Shown here: piece by piece, positions 51,230 through 64,000 of the stretch | How positions within the stretch are numbered: the first letter of the stretch is position 1 | Layout: every line of letters begins with the position of its first letter | Origin: Octopus sinensis | Lineage: Eukaryota | Reading direction: 5' to 3' | Assembly (NCBI RefSeq): GCF_006345805.1 | Contig: NC_043016.1 | Span: 15,934,001 to 15,998,000 of the forward strand | Length of the DNA stretch: 64,000 bases | Program-made: the position numbers and the translations under genes | Notes under the pieces: model-generated | Database searches by the model: none | Told to the model about the DNA's origin: nothing | Seen by the model: only the letters and a program-made list of their open reading frames with translations

Positions 51230-53912
51230 CAGTCTTTAGACTCGAGACCAGAAGGATGCCATGAAGCAGACCAATCTGGAAAAGAAGGACTTGGAAGCTT
51301 AGGAACCCTTCACATGGTCACAGATGTAGGGATATCCTTACCAAGAAATTTGATGATAGAGAGGAGGAGCTACAGTCCTGTGACATAGAAGACAGCTGGA
51401 AATTCCTACGAGACAGCTCGCTGAGTGCCACAGACCAAATCTGTGGCTGGTGCAAAGTCCCTTCCAGACCCAGGGTAACATGGTGATGGAAACAATACTG
51501 TAGACAGGGCCATTAGAGCAATGAAACAGGTCTGGAAGAGCAGGGGTAGCAGGGGACTGTGTCAGATAGCCAGAAGGGAAGCTAGGAGACAAGTATATAT
51601 AACCAAGGGACAAGCAGAAAAGGAAGAAGTTTGCCAATGTTCAGCAACTTGAGGACCAAAGAACTGAAGTATTTCAGACTGCAAGACAGTGTGTGAGAGA
51701 AAATTGTGATGTCATAAGAGAGAAATGTGTCTGCATGGATGATGGTGCACTTGCTTTTAATGATTCTGTAAAGAAAGAGGCTTGGAGATGCCATTATGAA
51801 AGACTGCTGAATGTGGAGAATGAATGGGAGGAGGAGAGTGTGCTAAAGGTTGACCCAATTCAGGGACCAGTTACCCAAATCAACAGTACCCTGATAGATA
51901 AAGCAATTAAGGATGTGAAGACAAGGAAAGCTTCTGGCCCATCAGGAATCACAGCTGAGATGCTTAAAATATCGGGTGGTGTGTGTTATGGTCTTGTCAC
52001 CCGCATCGTAAATCAGGTAGTTCATGAAGGAGTCATATCCAATGACTGGTGTAGCAGTACCATAGTCAACTGCTACAAAGGTAAGGGTGATGCTCTAGAT
52101 AGAAATAACTACAGGGGTATCAAACTGCTGGATCAGGTGATGAAAGTTACAGAGAGGGTCATAGCCCAACTAATTAGGGAGAGAGTTAGCCTAGATGAGA
52201 TGCAGTTTGGTTTTGTGCCAGGCAGAAGCACCAATGATGTTATATTTCTGGTGAGGCAACTGCAGGAGAAATACCTAGCCAAACATAAACCTCTGTTTGG
52301 CTTTTGTTGACTTGGAGAAAGCCTTTGACAGGATCCCCTGATCCCTTATCTGGTGGTCAATATGGAAACTGATGATAGACAAGTGGCTAGTAAGAGCTGT
52401 ACAAGCCCTTACAGGGATGCTGCTGTCAGTAAGGTGAGGGTTGGCAATGAGTATAGTGTAGAATTCCAAGTAGAAGTAGGGGTTCACCATGGTTCAGTCT
52501 TCAGCCCCCTCTTATTCAATAACAGAGGAATTCAAAACAGGCTGTCTTCGGGAGCTCCTCTATGCTGATGACCTTGCTCTAATAGCTGAGTCACTGCCAG
52601 AACTGGAGACAAAGTTTAGGGTGTGGAAGCAAGGTAAACCAAAGTCCTACTTAGTAAGAAGGCTGTCAAATCACAGCCCACTTCAGGTAGATGGCCCTGT
52701 TCGATCTATAGAAAAAGCATAGGTAGAAACTCCATACTTTGTACCTGGTGTAAGCTATGGACATATAAAAGGTGCAGCAATATCAAAGGAAGGTTAACCA
52801 GGAAGATAGCTTTTGTGTGTGGCAGATGCACAGGGGCAATAAACACCGAAAATGTACAGAATCCATCACAAGCCAAGGGGAAAAACTAGAAGTAGTTAAT
52901 AGCTTCTGCTAGCTAGGTGACCAAGTCAGTGGTGGGGGTGGATGCTTGAAGAGCGTAGCTGCTAGAATAAGAATAGCCTGAGCAAAGTTCAGAAAGCTCC
53001 TACCTCTGCTGGCAACAAAGGGCCTCTTGCTCAGAGTAAAAGGTGGACTGTACTTTGCATGTATACGAACTGCCATGCTACACAGCAGTGAAACATGGGC
53101 CGTGACTGCTGAGGACATGCGTAGGCTTGAAAGAAATGAGGCTAGTATGATTCGTTGGATGTGATATGTCAGTGTGCACACATGACAAAGTGTGAGCACT
53201 CTGAGAGAAAAGTTGGACATAAGAAGCAGCAGATGTGGTGTGCAAAAGAGGCGACTGTGTTGGTATGGTCATGTGATGCATATGGATGAGGACAGCTGTG
53301 TGATTAGGTGTCATATCCTAACAGTGGAAGGAACTTGTCGAAGAGGTAGATCCAGGAAGACATGGGATGAGGTGGTGAAGCACGACCTTCAAATGTTAGG
53401 CCTCACAGAGGCAATGACAAGAGACTGAGACCTTTGGAGATATGCTGTGGACAATACCAGTGTTGCATAACCAGGCCATTTAAAAGTACCTTTGAATTGC
53501 CAGGCAACATGCTGCGTTTGAGAAGACCTGTTGAGTCAAGTGAAATCGTAGTTGTGGCCGATGCCAGTGCAACCCAACTGGCTTCTGTGCTGGTGGCATG
53601 TATTAAGCACCAATTGAGCATGGGTCGACGCCATTGCTGCCTGATTTGTTCCCTGTGCCAGTGACATGTAAAAAGCACCATCCAAATGTGGTCAATGCCA
53701 GTGCCCACTGACTGGCTCCCATGCTGGTGGCACATAAAAAGCGCCCACTACACTCACGGAGTGTTTGACGTTAGGAAGGCATCCAGCTGTAGAAACCTTG
53801 CCAGATCAGATTGGAGCCTGGTGCAGCCTACTGACTTACCAGTCCCCAGTCAAACAGTCCAACCCATGGCAGCATGGAAAACAGACGTTAAACAATGATA
53901 ATGATGATGTTT
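51230..53912 (+). mobile_element. RTE-clade LINE, 5'-truncated and frameshifted, with long 3' UTR and (GAT)n tail
   Basis: RT motifs NNYRGIKLL, LDEMQFGF..GRST, DLEKAFD, YADDL and C-terminal RGRSRKTWDEVV. The 3' UTR has gtggcac.taaaaagcacc subrepeats and ggaaggcatccagctgtaga. Confidence 0.92.
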
Positions 53913-55229
53913 CTCTGCTAAACCCAGCAACTTATGTCCGATGAAAATATGGACTTTAAATTATTTTTCCAAGGAGGGCTTTCCCAAAATTACAGTGTTT
54001 TATCTCTTGTACACTTCATAAACTGTGAAGCAGAGTATTTTAATTTAGAATCATAAACAAATTAAATAATGTAGTAAGCTCTTTCTTAACCTGACCCTTT
54101 GCCCACCAGTGGGTTAACAGAAGTGGGTTAAGTGAAGCAAGAGGGTGCCTTGTTACTTTCTTTCTGATAATATTTGTTCTTTAGTTATACAAGAGGAAAT
54201 TTCATTATAGTTTTGAGAGGAAGGATGAGTAGGAACCTAAGAGCTTCAAACATTCCTCAAGAATATTTCATGAACACAAACACTGGTTATGATGCCAATA
54301 TCATCCAATGCTTCTCGACTGACATGAGTTGGTGAAGGTATACGGTCCCTAGTGGTTAGGGTTTTGCAGCTCACGCTCATAATGTTATGGGTTCAATTAT
54401 TGGACCAGGTAACAGGCTGGGTCTTCAGCAAAGCACACACATTGTTCCCATCTACTCAGCTGTAAATGAATGCTGGCCCCCACTCCTTCTAGTCCTCACA
54501 TCCTGGATGTGCCACTGGATCAAGGATGGGACAGTGGAAACAATGTCTGTGTCTGCTTCCAACTACATAGGAGTGACCGAAAACAAATTAATGAAAACAT
54601 GGTACAAAACAAGTTACCAAGCCATACAAGTCCATTTGACATGAATTGGTTGGGTTTGCAGCAAATAAACTACTTAACCCAGTTCCACATTATCTCATCT
54701 GTGAGACTCAATATCCCAAGATTTAATCTCATCACTTCCTGTTCCACACTTATTTTCTTCTCCATTGTCAACACTCATTATACATTCATACCCTCACATA
54801 GTCCCTCCTACACACATCTGTTGTTGAATATTTTATGAAAGGCTTTGTTGTTAATTGAGTGGGGAAGGCTGCTGTTTTTTTAAAATACTATTCTCTACTC
54901 AAAGTCTTTAATTATTAACATCAAAATACCATTCCTGGGATTAGTTTACCTTACAAAGCATAACCAATGCTTTTTTTTATGGAGTGAAAAGTTTATTTTC
55001 ATGGACCTTGAAAGGATGAAAAGTAAATTTAACCTTGGTGGGAAATGAACTCACAGTGTAGAGATTTGCAACAGATACAACAGCATATTCCACCAGACAT
55101 GCTGACAACAATGAGGATTTGCCATCTCTGTGAAATACATCCATATCACAAAACACAAGACGTTTGATTTTGTACTGATTCCTATCAAGAAACCATACTG
55201 GATTAACTGTCATATTCAATGAAATGTCA

Positions 55230-55312
55230 CACTGTGCCAGGTTTGGATGTCACACTCGACTCAGACACCGTGCCAGGCTTGGATCCCACACTACACTCAG
55301 ACATCATGTTGG
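55230..55312. repeat. 36-bp tandem repeat x2.3
   Basis: cac(t/c)gtgccagg(t/c)ttggat..cacact..actcaga. Confidence 0.75.
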
Positions 55313-56301
55313 ACTAATTTACACTTTTTTTGTCCTTACATTCCATGTTCAAATTCCACCTACCCAAAGCCTTATTTTTATAATTCTGACAGTCAATAAA
55401 GGACTCTAAACCAATAAATTTGTTTTATGGTTCACTAATATAGACATAGACATCCATATCCCTTTCTATCAAACTAATTTCAAGGGAAAGATAGAGCAAA
55501 CACTGTTCATATGCAATGAAGAGCTGATGTAAATTTAAAACAAAACTTTAAACATTCAGCCAATGAGACACAATTTCTTCTCTCTGCTGCTGCCTATTGT
55601 TATTACCAAAGATTCTGCATCTGTGAACCAACTAACTCCTTATCATTCGGCACACCCACCTTTCTTTCTCACATTACACCTTTTATTCTCATGACTCACC
55701 CTGTTCCACCCATATTAGACTAAAGGACTTTGTAATAATTATTCCTTTCCATAACTGCAGCCCTCAATAGTTCCTTCCCTACTCAACTTCTTTTCAGACC
55801 CAAACAAATACAAACTAAACGGCATTTGAACAAATTCCATCAAACTGAGAAGGAAGGACATGACTACTGTCCCCACCCACCCACCCACCTCTCTCTCTCT
55901 CTCTCTCCAAAAAATAAAAAAAAAAACCCCATCCCACTACAAGCAAACTATTCATCTTTTACTTGTTTCAGTCATTAGATTGTGGCCATGCTGGGGCACT
56001 GCCCTGAAAGATTTTGATTCAATGAATTGATTTCAGTACTTCTTTTAAAACCCTGCTACCTATTCTATTGGACACTTTTCCTGAACCATTAAGTTATGGG
56101 GGACCTAAACAAGTCATCATAAGTTATCAAGCAGTGGGAGGGGACACACGCACGCATGCACACACACACACACACAGTCTTCTTTCAGTTTCTGTCTACC
56201 AAATATATTGACAAGGCTTTGATTGGCCCAAGGTTTTTGTAGTGGACACTTGACCACGGTGCCATAAAATTTAAAATAAAAAATTAAATGCTATAACTTA
56301 C

Positions 56302-56402
56302 CCCATATTCAGAAGAATTACTATTTTTATCTGAATAACCAACTTCACACAGTTTTTTGTAACAATCCAAAAACCAATCTTTTTGTTTTTCATTTAAATT
56401 TG
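56302..56402 (-). CDS. PPP4R4: PPP4R4 exon
   Basis: attttag|CA...TATGGG|gtaagt, 101 nt, phase 1 to 0. NLNEKQKDWFLDCYKKLCEVGYSDKNSNSSEYG versus human FTPDQHLRFLEFYKKLCTLG. Confidence 0.92.
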
Positions 56403-59217
56403 CTAAAATATAAATAAAAGGAAACACAAGTTGTTATTCATTTCATCACCATTTTCATAATTATGATCAAAGTCATTGTCATCACTGTAAATTAGGTTAA
56501 TTAATAATATAAAATAAACCAGATCAAATATTCGTAATAACATGTTATATCACACGTTCGGATGACCTCTACTCAACTCCTTGATGTCTAGGCTTCTCCC
56601 TCTATATCTACGTATTGAGCTCAGCCTACTTCATCGTCTGGAGGCATCCACACAACATAATTACATGTGGTTTTGCATAAATAATGAGTTTTAAATGATC
56701 AAGAAATTAACCTTTAGCATAAATTTGTGAGGAATCTAGAAAACTTAAATTATCCCATCATTATTCTCTTGACAAAATTCCAAATGGGAAACAATAAGCT
56801 TTTGACTAAATCACATTTTGAGATACAAATCCTCATTATTTAATGCCTGTTTTCCATGCTGTAGGTGCATCAAGTCACTATTTGAGTTTACTTTCTCTCA
56901 AGGTAACACAATGCACCTGTAGCTACAAGGGAGAAAGTAATTGAAACGGTGATATAATGCATTTGAACATGCTAAAGGTTTAGTCATTTGACTGAAATTT
57001 TTGAAGAAAGGAACAGGCATGTTTCAGCCTTACTGGAGCTCCTCAGTGCACTGTACTCAGTTTGTAACACTAAGAGTGAAGCCACATGGCCAGTGACTTA
57101 GCACTTTAACATCTCCTTGGTCTGTGTATCTGTCATTTCCTACTTTTAATCATTCTTTAATGTAGATATACATAAAACAAGCAAACAAACATAAACTCCT
57201 CACTTCAATAGTAAGACCACTTGCAGATGAACTGTATTATGTTTGAATGAATACAGAAACAAAAACATTGTACAATAAATAAATTACAAAAAAAACAAAA
57301 CACAAGAGAAAAGAATTTAGAGAACTTTAGCTTTTGTGATGACAGAAAACAAAACAAAACAAAAATTCTCTTCAAAGGGGATAGAGCACAATAGGTTAAA
57401 AATAAAATGCTGATTTAATTTCACGGCTGAGCGATTAGTTGTAGGATGTGAAAACATTTTTCAACAATTGATGATGGACATGAAAATCCAACAGAAAGAT
57501 GTTATTGCTAATCCCCACCCATTTCTTTCACACACTTTATATTCATCTTCCCCCATGTTGATGTAGGTTAAATAGTCCTGCATATATATAAATATTTCCC
57601 TCTTTGTTTGGGTTAAGCAACAGTAAGATGTCCAAAATAAAATCAAATAATGGCTTCTAAGCAGTAGTAGTGGTAGTAGTGGTAGTAGTGGTGGTGGTGG
57701 TTAACATATTAAACTGCATCTAGTTCAGTGAGGTTTGAGTTCAGAAGTTTTAGGGAGTATGGAGTTATCTCTTTGTTACCATTACTTCCAGACTGACTCT
57801 GATCCAGGGTGGCTGTACCTGTCAGGGGCTTCATTTATGGATCAAATAACAGATGACAGTCCTGTGGCTAAGGCATACAGGACTTGGAGGAGGGCCGGTT
57901 CCTAGGTATGTGCCATATATGCCCAATGGTGAATGGACCAAATGTAAAAATGTTTAAGGTTCATAAACCCTAAACCCTGCCCCTCAAGCACAAGATCAAA
58001 ACAGCAAGAGACTAACAGAGTAAACAGACAGCAGGCCATGAGTAACAACCAGTGGTTTATCTTTCACAAGAGGAGCTGTGACAGTATTTGGCCTGGAGCT
58101 CTTTAATCATCAGTATCAGTAGGCAAGATGCATGAAGAGAAACAGTAGCACTAGTAATAAGGTTATGAAAAAAAAAAAAATGGAAAAGAAAAGAGGAAAA
58201 AAAAAAAGCTTAAAATAGAGAAAACATGATTTTCAGAATCTTCAAACATGAAATGGTTCCCGAAATATGATTTAAAAAACAAAATGCAATGGAACCAATC
58301 AGATCACCATGCAGAATGAGGACAATTTATTCAGTACATTTCTCTAAATCATAAAGAGGAATTGTTAAACATAACCAGAACCAGAAATTAGGAAAGTAGC
58401 AAGAAGATCGTTAGTGAGACTTCAATTTAATGACTTCTGAACCATAATCCTATTTAAATTCGCCATATCCAGCCCGAATATTGTATGTGCTTTATATTCA
58501 AACTGGTAAGATCTGGCCTGTCACGCTTACCCTATAATGCCATTCTAAAAATAAACAATCACATCACTGTAATGTTAAAGCTTCAAGAGAAAGAAAAAGC
58601 ATTACATTTGACTAACAAATGAAAGCATTTAGTTACAAAGAAACTATAACCAAATGCGAGTGAGTGTGTTTGTTTGTGTGTGTGCATATGTATATATATA
58701 TACACACACACACAGTATTACATAGCATGACAGCTAAAAAGAGTTGTGTCTCTTCTCATGGCACCCCAACTACTTCAATGAGAGTTAACCTCTATGTGAT
58801 TGCTTGACCAGCCAGAAACATCAGTCAAATTTCCCTCAAACTAGACCCTAACAGACACTGTGCTAATAAATACACACCCTGTGAAGCTGGTCAGAGATAG
58901 CCTAGCACTAAATACCATATTTTTTTTTACCAATGAAGATCCGCAATAATTTTCTTGGACATCATTTTTTTTTTAGAACATTTTGTGAACAACCATAAAT
59001 TAGTCTCAAGAGATGTTTCTCAAAGAAACTGATTTAAAGATTGGGAAGAAAGAGACCACATGAACTGAGTATTGATATATTTAAAGCAAAAAAGAGACAC
59101 AAAAATGAAAGATTTGAAAGACCCTCAAAGCATGTAACCAACAGAAATCAAACTCAAATCACTCCAGTTTTTCACCTTGATATGCAGTGACCTTCATCCT
59201 GTAACCACTAACTTTAA

Positions 59218-59448
59218 CCTTTTTGATATCAACCTGTCTGAGACCACCCCTGGTTCTGTAATACAAACTTCCCATTTCAATGTGATCTAAATTAAAACCT
59301 TCTTGCACTGAAATTCCAAGTTAATTTATGTTCTAAACACCAGTTTAATAATGACAAAGTTATTTTATTAAATTCTTCATCATTTTCAAAGTAACTGGGA
59401 AATAAAAGGTAGTTTTTCATTTCAACAGAAATACGGTGAGCCAAAAGG
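59218..59448. mobile_element. piggyBac-type MITE (same family as 3384-3591)
   Basis: ttaa|cctttttgatatc...gagccaaaagg|ttaa, internally homologous to 3384-3591. Partial copies near 34480, 40340-40490 and 51110. Confidence 0.78.
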
Positions 59449-61216
59449 TTAAAAATATTAACTTGAATTGACCTGTCAAATAAGCCTGTTTATTCCTGAG
59501 ATTATTTCAAGCCGATCATACAGAAAAGGGATTCAGGAAAGGAACTTTTTCAGAATATAGTCACTAATATCACTTCTTACTTTTCTGGTATTTTTTTTTT
59601 TTTTTTTAGTATATAAAGCAGAAACAGTTTACAAGACATTCTGAACAAACACTAACAACATAATCTCAAAGGGTCAACACATCACAGCTATACAACTCCC
59701 ATTGTCATAATATATTTTAGTAACACACTTGTATACATAAAATCTACACTTTCACCACTGCTATGATGCTTTGGGTGTCTGTCTATATTCTGAGAATACA
59801 CTTAATATACATTAGCCCTGTGCTGCTCCTCATGTACCCAATACCTTCTTGGCTATTATCCTTCTTCTCCCCTAATCTCTGGACTAGGTTGATTATGTAA
59901 AGAGGGAAAAGTTTAGATCTTTTCATATGGAACCCTCTCCCTAACATCACCATACCTCTTTATTTCTATCTCTCCCTCCCATTAAGTTGCCTGAGTAACA
60001 AGGATAATTTACCTTGGATTTTTTGGTCATCAAGTACACCACTCCATTTGCCCGACCCAGACAATTGGTCATCACCCATTCTCCTTCAATGATATCATTC
60101 TTTTACCACCACTATTTTTGACTATCCATCATTAAACATCACCCCACCCTTTATACTTCCAACTGCTACTCTACTTTCTCTCAAAATCACCTACTATTGA
60201 CATCCATCACACTCTTTTACCTCAAACCATTTCCAGCTATCAACTGCCCACTCTTTCATTTACCTTTTTGCCATAAATGATTCTCCCATTTCTCCCTCTT
60301 CCATATTGACACACAATCAATTTTCCTTTCATACACTTCTCAGCCTGGTTCAAATTCTGCCACCTTTCTTTTCCGTATTAATAGTCCCAGTTCTCCTTTC
60401 ATGCTTCTTCCTCCATCTTATTCCAGCTCATCTTCTACAATCACTTACTTTTCTATCCCCTCTACTGATCGTGTCACCCAAATTGAACAGTGGTAATATG
60501 GAGCAATGATTATCCTTTAGTCCTGAACAACAAAATGCAATCTGATTAGGATATGAAACACTAGATTTTGGGACATTGTGCATAAATCATATTACTAAGA
60601 TATTCCTAATATAAAGTAGAAAATGGTGATAGCATTGATCTGGTGTTGTTTGGTACAATGGTGGTGCTAGTGTAACATATTTCAGTATTAACATGATATA
60701 ATGTAGTATGGCAGATAAGTGCAGCATAGTCTAATGTGGTGTGGTGCCATGTACTGCAGTATATGTGCGGTAATGCAGTGTTGTGCCAGTGGCTTACCAT
60801 TAATAATGAAATGACGTGAGTACATTCTAAGACAGGTTTCAGCATTAAAAAGTAGAAAATTCATCTTGCAGTTGAATAATGTACGTGTGTATGACAGCAC
60901 AAACGTACATGTATTTGTGTATATTCCATATTGATAAAACTGGTATAAGTAGGGTACACTAGTAGTGTTTCAGAATCATCAAAGAATGTTCCCAAGAATG
61001 TCCAAGAGACAATGGTTAATAGAGTGGAGAAATACTGAGAAAATGACTGAAAGAGAGAAAGTGTACAATGGTGAAATAGAAGGTAGGAGAGAGCTAGGGG
61101 TGGTGGTGAAGGCGTACACACACACTCACACACACGAGACAATGAGAGAGACTTTATGCAATCACTTTGCCTGCAAGAAATAGCAGCCAATCAAATCTTT
61201 CATATTACACCCTATC

Positions 61217-61264
<48 letters not shown>

Positions 61265-62136
61265 AGGACACATCAGATAACATAGTTCAAGGTATTACAA
61301 TAAAATATCTGGGATGGGCAAAGTTAAAATACCTCTGAACAGGGTCGTCTGGTAGATTTGTGACAACTTAGAAGAACTTGACAACAATGACATATGCATA
61401 AAATGTGCCAAGGTTTTGCTGTATCAACTCACCAACTTATGTCCTAGTAAAATCAAACTTCTGCACATATATTAACAAGTCAGCAACTAAATACACCACT
61501 AAAATACAATTGCATCCTAAATGGGAATAAACTTAAATTGAGTGTACATATACATTGAGCTACTCAGGTATAAATGTTAACGACTCAAGTTACATCGTTG
61601 TGCTTTGTCATCACAACAATCTGAAACAATCTTGAAACAATTATTTGCAACAGCACATCAGTCGATAAGATTGTACATTTTCACTTTCTCTCTCTGTTAA
61701 TTATTTTATCTTAGTTCAAGAATACATCTCATCATTATTTTATGCCCGCTTTCCAATGCCAGCATGATTTCTCTGGCAAAATGCCCTTCCTAGTATCAAC
61801 CATTCTACAGAATATACTAACTGATTAAAAAAAAAATTTTTTTTTGTGGTACCAACACTAGTGAGATGACCTTGCAACTTTGCAATACAAAGAGGCAGAT
61901 TGGTCAAACACCAAGACAAACCATCAATGACTTTATAAAATCTCAATATTGAGGGTTGGGGAATATGGCAAAATGAGATTAATACGTATCCAGGTACACA
62001 TTTAACTTACCCTGGTCACATAAAAAGGGCCGGATAATAATAATAAGAAGAAGAATAAATTAAACAAATAAAAAGAAAAGGAAAGTTAAAGATAGTGAAA
62101 CAATGAAAGATCTTGTATGTTATTATTAGGACTTAC

Positions 62137-62381
62137 CGGAAAGGCCGTGACACAGACGACCGATGTGCTTTGCAATAATGGGTAGTGTGTGGTCCTTTGA
62201 ATACAGACATTGTTCATAGAACCTAATAACTAAAGGAATGATTGTGTTTGAACATGTATCGTCATCCAAAAGACTTAAAATATTCACAACGGTTTCAAGA
62301 CCCATCATACGGACATAGACTTCTTCATCATTAGTTAACTCAACCAGTTCAGGAAGAATAGCATTCTTTGTTGCTTCAAGA
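62137..62381 (-). CDS. PPP4R4: PPP4R4 exon (HEAT repeats)
   Basis: tttgcag|T...TCCG|gtaagt, 245 nt, phase 2 to 1. LEATKNAILPELVELTNDEEVYVRMMGLETVVNILSLLDDD...IAKHIGRLCHGLS. Confidence 0.95.
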
Positions 62382-62789
62382 CTGCAAAAAAAAAAGAAAA
62401 AGGAAAAATATAAAACCTATTTTGGTAATAATGATGTTGGTGTGTAAGGAAAGGATTTCATTCATTTGCTTCATGTGTTTTTCTAGGCTAGTATGGGTTA
62501 GAGGAGTATTATCAAAGCATCGTTTTAAAACTGGATGCCCTGTCTGACACTCACCCTTTCCTGTTTTACAAGTAAGGCAGATTTTATTCCACTTGTGTTC
62601 AAAAACACAAAAAAGCCACATGACAAGTTGTGGGCAGGGAACAACATCCCCACCTGGAGCTCATTCAAGAATGAGCCCAATGTAGATATCAAAACACACT
62701 GGTAATACTGGGATTTAAGACATCTTTCCTTTTTTTTTTATATTCACAAAATTTTTGAAAAAAAAAGACAAAAATTTCCAGCAACTTAC

Positions 62790-62897
62790 CCCAAACCCCT
62801 TGCAACAGGATTGAGTTGCTTACACATACAACCACGGACTTCATAATCAACATCTTGACACAATGACTGGACAATTGGCAATATTTCTTTTTTAATT
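62790..62897 (-). CDS. PPP4R4: PPP4R4 exon (HEAT repeat)
   Basis: tatttcag|A...TTGGG|gtaagt, 108 nt, phase 2 to 2. IKKEILPIVQSLCQDVDYEVRGCMCKQLNPVARGLG versus human IKREILPLVKSLCQDVEYEVRSCMCRQLENIAQGIG. Confidence 0.95.
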
Positions 62898-63430
62898 CTG
62901 AAATACAGAAGCAAAATATTTCGTTAGTAAGAAAGAAATTATTTAAAAACATTTATAAATGAAGGCTATAGAGATAAAAGTTCACAAAATGGATAAACCT
63001 TTTCATACGGACCCACTTGAGACTGCCTCTGCTTCTATGATACCAATTTCTTTGTTTTAAGCCAGGGGTCTCCTAAGTGGTCAATGGTACTATTCAAGGG
63101 GATTGATAAATGCCTGGAAACTGCACATCTACTTAAATATTATTATTATTATTATTATTTATTTGTTTGTTTATTTTCTTGTACATGCCAGGGGATCAAT
63201 GAGGGGTTGATGGTCTAAAAAGTTTAAAACTGATCTAAAATAAAGGGTTAGGCTCCTTGTACTAACGACAGATCAAACCAAACCATTAATTAAAAACAAG
63301 AACAATAGTGGAAGTCTGATTTAATGAAGATCTGGCTGCCATTTCTAGTATACTGAACGACCATGTTGATTTGTTTTTGACTTTATTACAAGACTCAGCA
63401 TTTTTACATTCCAAAATAGTAAATACTTAC

Positions 63431-63537
63431 ACAAATGGGTCAAACTTAGTGGCTATTTTCCCTAATATTTGACAACACGACAGCCTGGCTTGTACTGACT
63501 GGGATAACTGACCCTTTGCCACAGCAGCTGTTAAGAT
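63431..63537 (-). CDS. PPP4R4: PPP4R4 exon (first in window; upstream exons lie outside)
   Basis: ttttcag|ATC...TTTGT|gtaagt, 107 nt, phase 0 to 2. ILTAAVAKGQLSQSVQARLSCCQILGKIATKFDPF resembles recalled human PPP4R4 ILNPLVSKAQLSQTVQSRLVSCKILGKLTNKFDAH. Confidence 0.92.
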
Positions 63538-64000
63538 CTGAAAAGGGGGGAAATTAGTATTTATTACAAAGTAAAACATTCATTGCTTTATAAGAAACAT
63601 TAAATGTTAGAAAAATAAACATATTCCTTGTGGGTCTCATTTATTTTCTGTCTTTTAATGATTTGCAACAAAGACATGTACACTCCAACACACACACACA
63701 CATACCATCATCATCATCATCATCATTTAGCATCTGCCTTCCATGCTGGCATGGGTTGGACAGCTTTACAGGAGCCAGCCAGGTAGAAGACTACACCAGG
63801 CTACTGTGTCTGTTTTGGCAGGGTTTTTATGGCTGGATGCTCTTCCTAACACCAAATGCTTTTTACATGGCAACAGCACAGGTGAGGTCTGTTTTGGCAG
63901 GGTTTTTACAGCTGGATGCCCTTCCAAATGCCAACCACTTCACAGTGTGTTCTGGATGTTTTTTTACGAGTCACCAAGTAACTTGCAAGACAAGGAATTT

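Noticed and set aside
55224-55409. ORF with 12-aa repeats (HCARFGCHTRLR)
   Set aside because: Explained by a 36-bp minisatellite; no splice or homology support.
59950-60480. Penelope-like remnants (also about 27700-28400, 35300-35640)
   Set aside because: Only faint motif resemblance in purine/pyrimidine-skewed sequence; cannot be supported without a search.
61222-61261. 40-nt poly(A) as the tail of a processed retrocopy
   Set aside because: No recognisable upstream element or TSD.
61740-61946. ORF as an extra PPP4R4 exon
   Set aside because: No PPP4R4 similarity, and exons 62137 and 56402 already join in phase with human-like spacing.

Overview
AT-rich eukaryotic genomic DNA. The repeat families resemble those of Octopus; this is inference, not a database match. 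The window is dominated by one intron-rich minus-strand gene that I recognise as PPP4R4 (HEAT-repeat PP4 regulatory subunit 4). I reconstructed 21 coding exons by hand from 63537 down to the stop at 14639. All have GT-AG boundaries with consistent phases and total 2259 nt (752 aa plus stop). The 5' exons lie beyond the window end. Introns and the 0-14 kb flank are filled with mobile DNA: RTE-clade LINEs and many truncated 3'-UTR copies, at least two tRNA-SINE families, CR1/L2 and R4-like fragments, a solo LTR, a piggyBac deletion derivative with related MITEs, a hAT (Buster/Charlie-like) element, mariner and pogo remnants, and micro/minisatellites. Nearly all ORFs in the supplied track are repeat artefacts. 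The most notable observations are (1) a full-length 5S rRNA copy abutting a tRNA-SINE head (candidate 5S-tRNA composite SINE), (2) a 56-codon exon with 34 Thr in the PPP4R4 tail, (3) intronic fold-back elements near exons (candidate ADAR substrates), (4) an antisense solo LTR with recognisable promoter motifs, and (5) a 158-bp x4 array amplified from an already decayed LINE. I found no convincing novel multi-gene system.
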